In this document: positions 62,144 to 64,000 of the stretch, piece by piece | Numbering within the stretch: position 1 is the stretch's first letter | Layout: each line of letters opens with the position of its first letter | Origin: Lingula anatina | Lineage: Eukaryota > Animalia > Brachiopoda | Assembly (NCBI GenBank): GCA_051362555.1 | Contig: CM120645.1 | Coordinates: 19,592,001-19,656,000, forward strand | DNA: 64,000 nt | Direction of reading: 5' to 3' | The notes under the pieces: model-generated | Databases searched by the model: none | What the model was told of the DNA's origin: nothing | The model's input: the letters and a program-made list of their open reading frames with translations, nothing else | Position numbers and translations under genes: made by a program

Positions 62144-64000
62144 CTAGCCATTGTCAACAATATTGCGGACGCTGCTGTTTGCTGTCAGTGGACCCATCTC
62201 GAGCTGTTCTTCCTCCAACACTTCCTATCATGATGAAAAACACTGCATATAAATAGTCTGTAAACTAAACATATATCTCAATATTTCAAGCATTGGATGT
62301 TTACAGAAAATAAATTCCATCTTTTTTCATTAGATTCATGTAGGTTAGAGAGTCGTTAACTTATACATGTACAAATTGCTTGAAGTTCGAGACGGTTCAC
62401 AATAAGGAGCCAGAGAGTAATTACCCTATTAGAAGCAATCAGTGTAATAAATCCAGGCGTTACCTGAGCAATGTCTAAAATGGGAGAAGTGATCACATCG
62501 GTTGGAAAATTATTCACGTAGTAGTCACACAGCCATCTTCATTTAAAAAAATGAATATAAAATTATAATAGATATATAGACAAATAAATATAGTGAATGG
62601 ATGAAGAAAATAGATTAAATACAAAAATAATAATAAATAAAAAATATAAATAAATAAATGTCAGATCTGGCTTAAAAAGTTGTTAGTTATAGGGAGTCTT
62701 GCAGGAAGAAAAAAACATTGATGAAATTCGTACCGATGACTTAAAAGGCCAGTCATGCTGTCAATTCTTTGGTCCACTTCGCTGAAATAAAACAGAGAGA
62801 GATGGTTTGATCTGTGCTGAAAGTTCAATATGAGACTAAGCAGGGACAATGGAAACTGAAGACAAATGATGTCTACGAAGTTAACATGACTTATTTTGAA
62901 AAGTGCATTGTAGACAGGCAAATGCTTACGAAGCTAATGATGGAATTGTTCACGACATTTCATTTAATTATTCACTGCACATATTCATGTAGTTGTATGT
63001 CATGCAGTAGTATTGCCTACCATACTAATCTATCAATCAGATCCCTGAAGACATGTTCTGTATCTGTGTAGATGATGGTACCTTGGAGGATTTTCAGTCT
63101 GGCTTCTGCTCTGGTCGGCAGTTCAGTCCAAAGTGGGTGTCTAAATAAATCGACCAAAATTTATTGCTGTCTTCCAACACTTCCTACTGTTCTAAAATTC
63201 TTAGGTATTTTTTAGAAAAAATTACTGGCTACATTCTAATTTTCCAGTTCATACCACTAGCAACTCTAAAGAAGGGAGCCGTGTCATTTTGGCTTATATT
63301 TCTATCAGAACTATTGGCATGAATAACAGTTCTGTCATGATTTACATAGCTGTATCCTTTTCATTACCTTCCCTCCATAAGTTCAAACAACATGACACCC
63401 AATGCGTAGAAATCGGCTCTCCACGAGGCGGCGCCACCCCTCAGCACCTCTGGTGTCATGTTTTTATAGAGTGTGAAGTTCATAAATTGCACCGCATCGA
63501 TACTCTCTCCGGCATCATTTAGAGGGTGAACAGATCCTAGATCACACTGAAAGAAAATAATCCGCATTTGAAATTTGAATAAAAAGGGAATGTGGTTGCC
63601 AAAATGAAAGTGTTGATTACATCCAAAATCTTTTTCTTTTTTTTTCAAAACAAAACCATATTTTTATCAGTCATAAAACGTATTAATTCAAATAATGACA
63701 CATCGGTGACACATGAATAATCATTTTATGTACGTAAAGAAGCGAGTCTTATCGAAGAGCGAGACGGTAGCCAAAATCAGGCCCGACCCAGGAACATCAA
63801 GGCGAGAAGAGAAAAATAACCTGAAAAAATCGAACATCTTACCAGTTTAGGGACCCCGTGTAGACTAACCAACACGTTGTTCGTTTTTAAATCAAAATGG
63901 GCTACATTCCGTTGGTGCAGGTGCCCAATAGCCATACAGACGCACGTGGCAATATATTTCACCATATGAACAGGAACTTCGTCCCTAAGAAATAAATAAA
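62144..64000 (-). CDS. Non-RD kinase, copy 6 (3' six exons; the 5' part is beyond the window)
   Basis: HFDLK, CDLG, TPE and the C-terminal exons are present. The exon 9 acceptor is AAG instead of CAG. Confidence 0.8.

Larger units (their letters stand above)
1446..64000. repeat. Tandem segmental array, basic unit about 7.5-7.9 kb (kinase gene + last 3 dioxygenase exons + 3' flank); units start at 1446, 22620, 36771, 44494, 53873, 61431
   Basis: Near-identical ORFs and introns recur in the same order. Unique sequence changes to repeated sequence at tacatgtacctgtgtataatt (1446). Unit lengths are 21174, 14151, 7723, 9379 and 7558 bp, and the excess is mostly accounted for by unit-specific TE insertions. 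Confidence 0.95.

Noticed and set aside
1446-64000. Array as a pure assembly artefact
   Set aside because: Units differ by many SNPs and indels and by private TE insertions with TSDs, which means more than two haplotypes' worth of variation. The exact copy number still needs read validation.

Overview
AT-rich animal genomic DNA with spliceosomal introns, probably an invertebrate; there are no prokaryotic features. The window starts inside a + strand PhyH-family Fe(II)/2-oxoglutarate dioxygenase gene (proline-4-hydroxylase/ectoine-hydroxylase-like). Its long phase-0 intron holds a complete 10-exon antisense non-RD Ser/Thr kinase gene (HFD/DLG motifs, about 338 aa). A unit of about 7.6 kb, made of the whole kinase gene plus only the last three dioxygenase exons and 3' flank, is tandemly amplified at least six times to the window end. 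One shared dioxygenase 5' half is therefore followed by five intact, in-phase 3' cassettes whose differences are mostly synonymous, interleaved with six kinase paralogs (copy 3 has a nonsense codon). The units are mosaics of one another and each carries its own insertions. These include a four-level nest (Kolobok-like > 8-bp-TSD TIR element > TA-TSD element > very young Gypsy with an RRM/PNMA-like Gag and a tRNA-Lys3 PBS), a second Kolobok-like element, a MITE sitting on the dioxygenase stop codon, a full-length L1/Tx1 LINE, a 5'-truncated RTE-X-like LINE, and many TA>TAGGCCTA and TA>TACATGTA footprint-like micro-insertions. Gene models and alignments were made by eye; no database searches were run.
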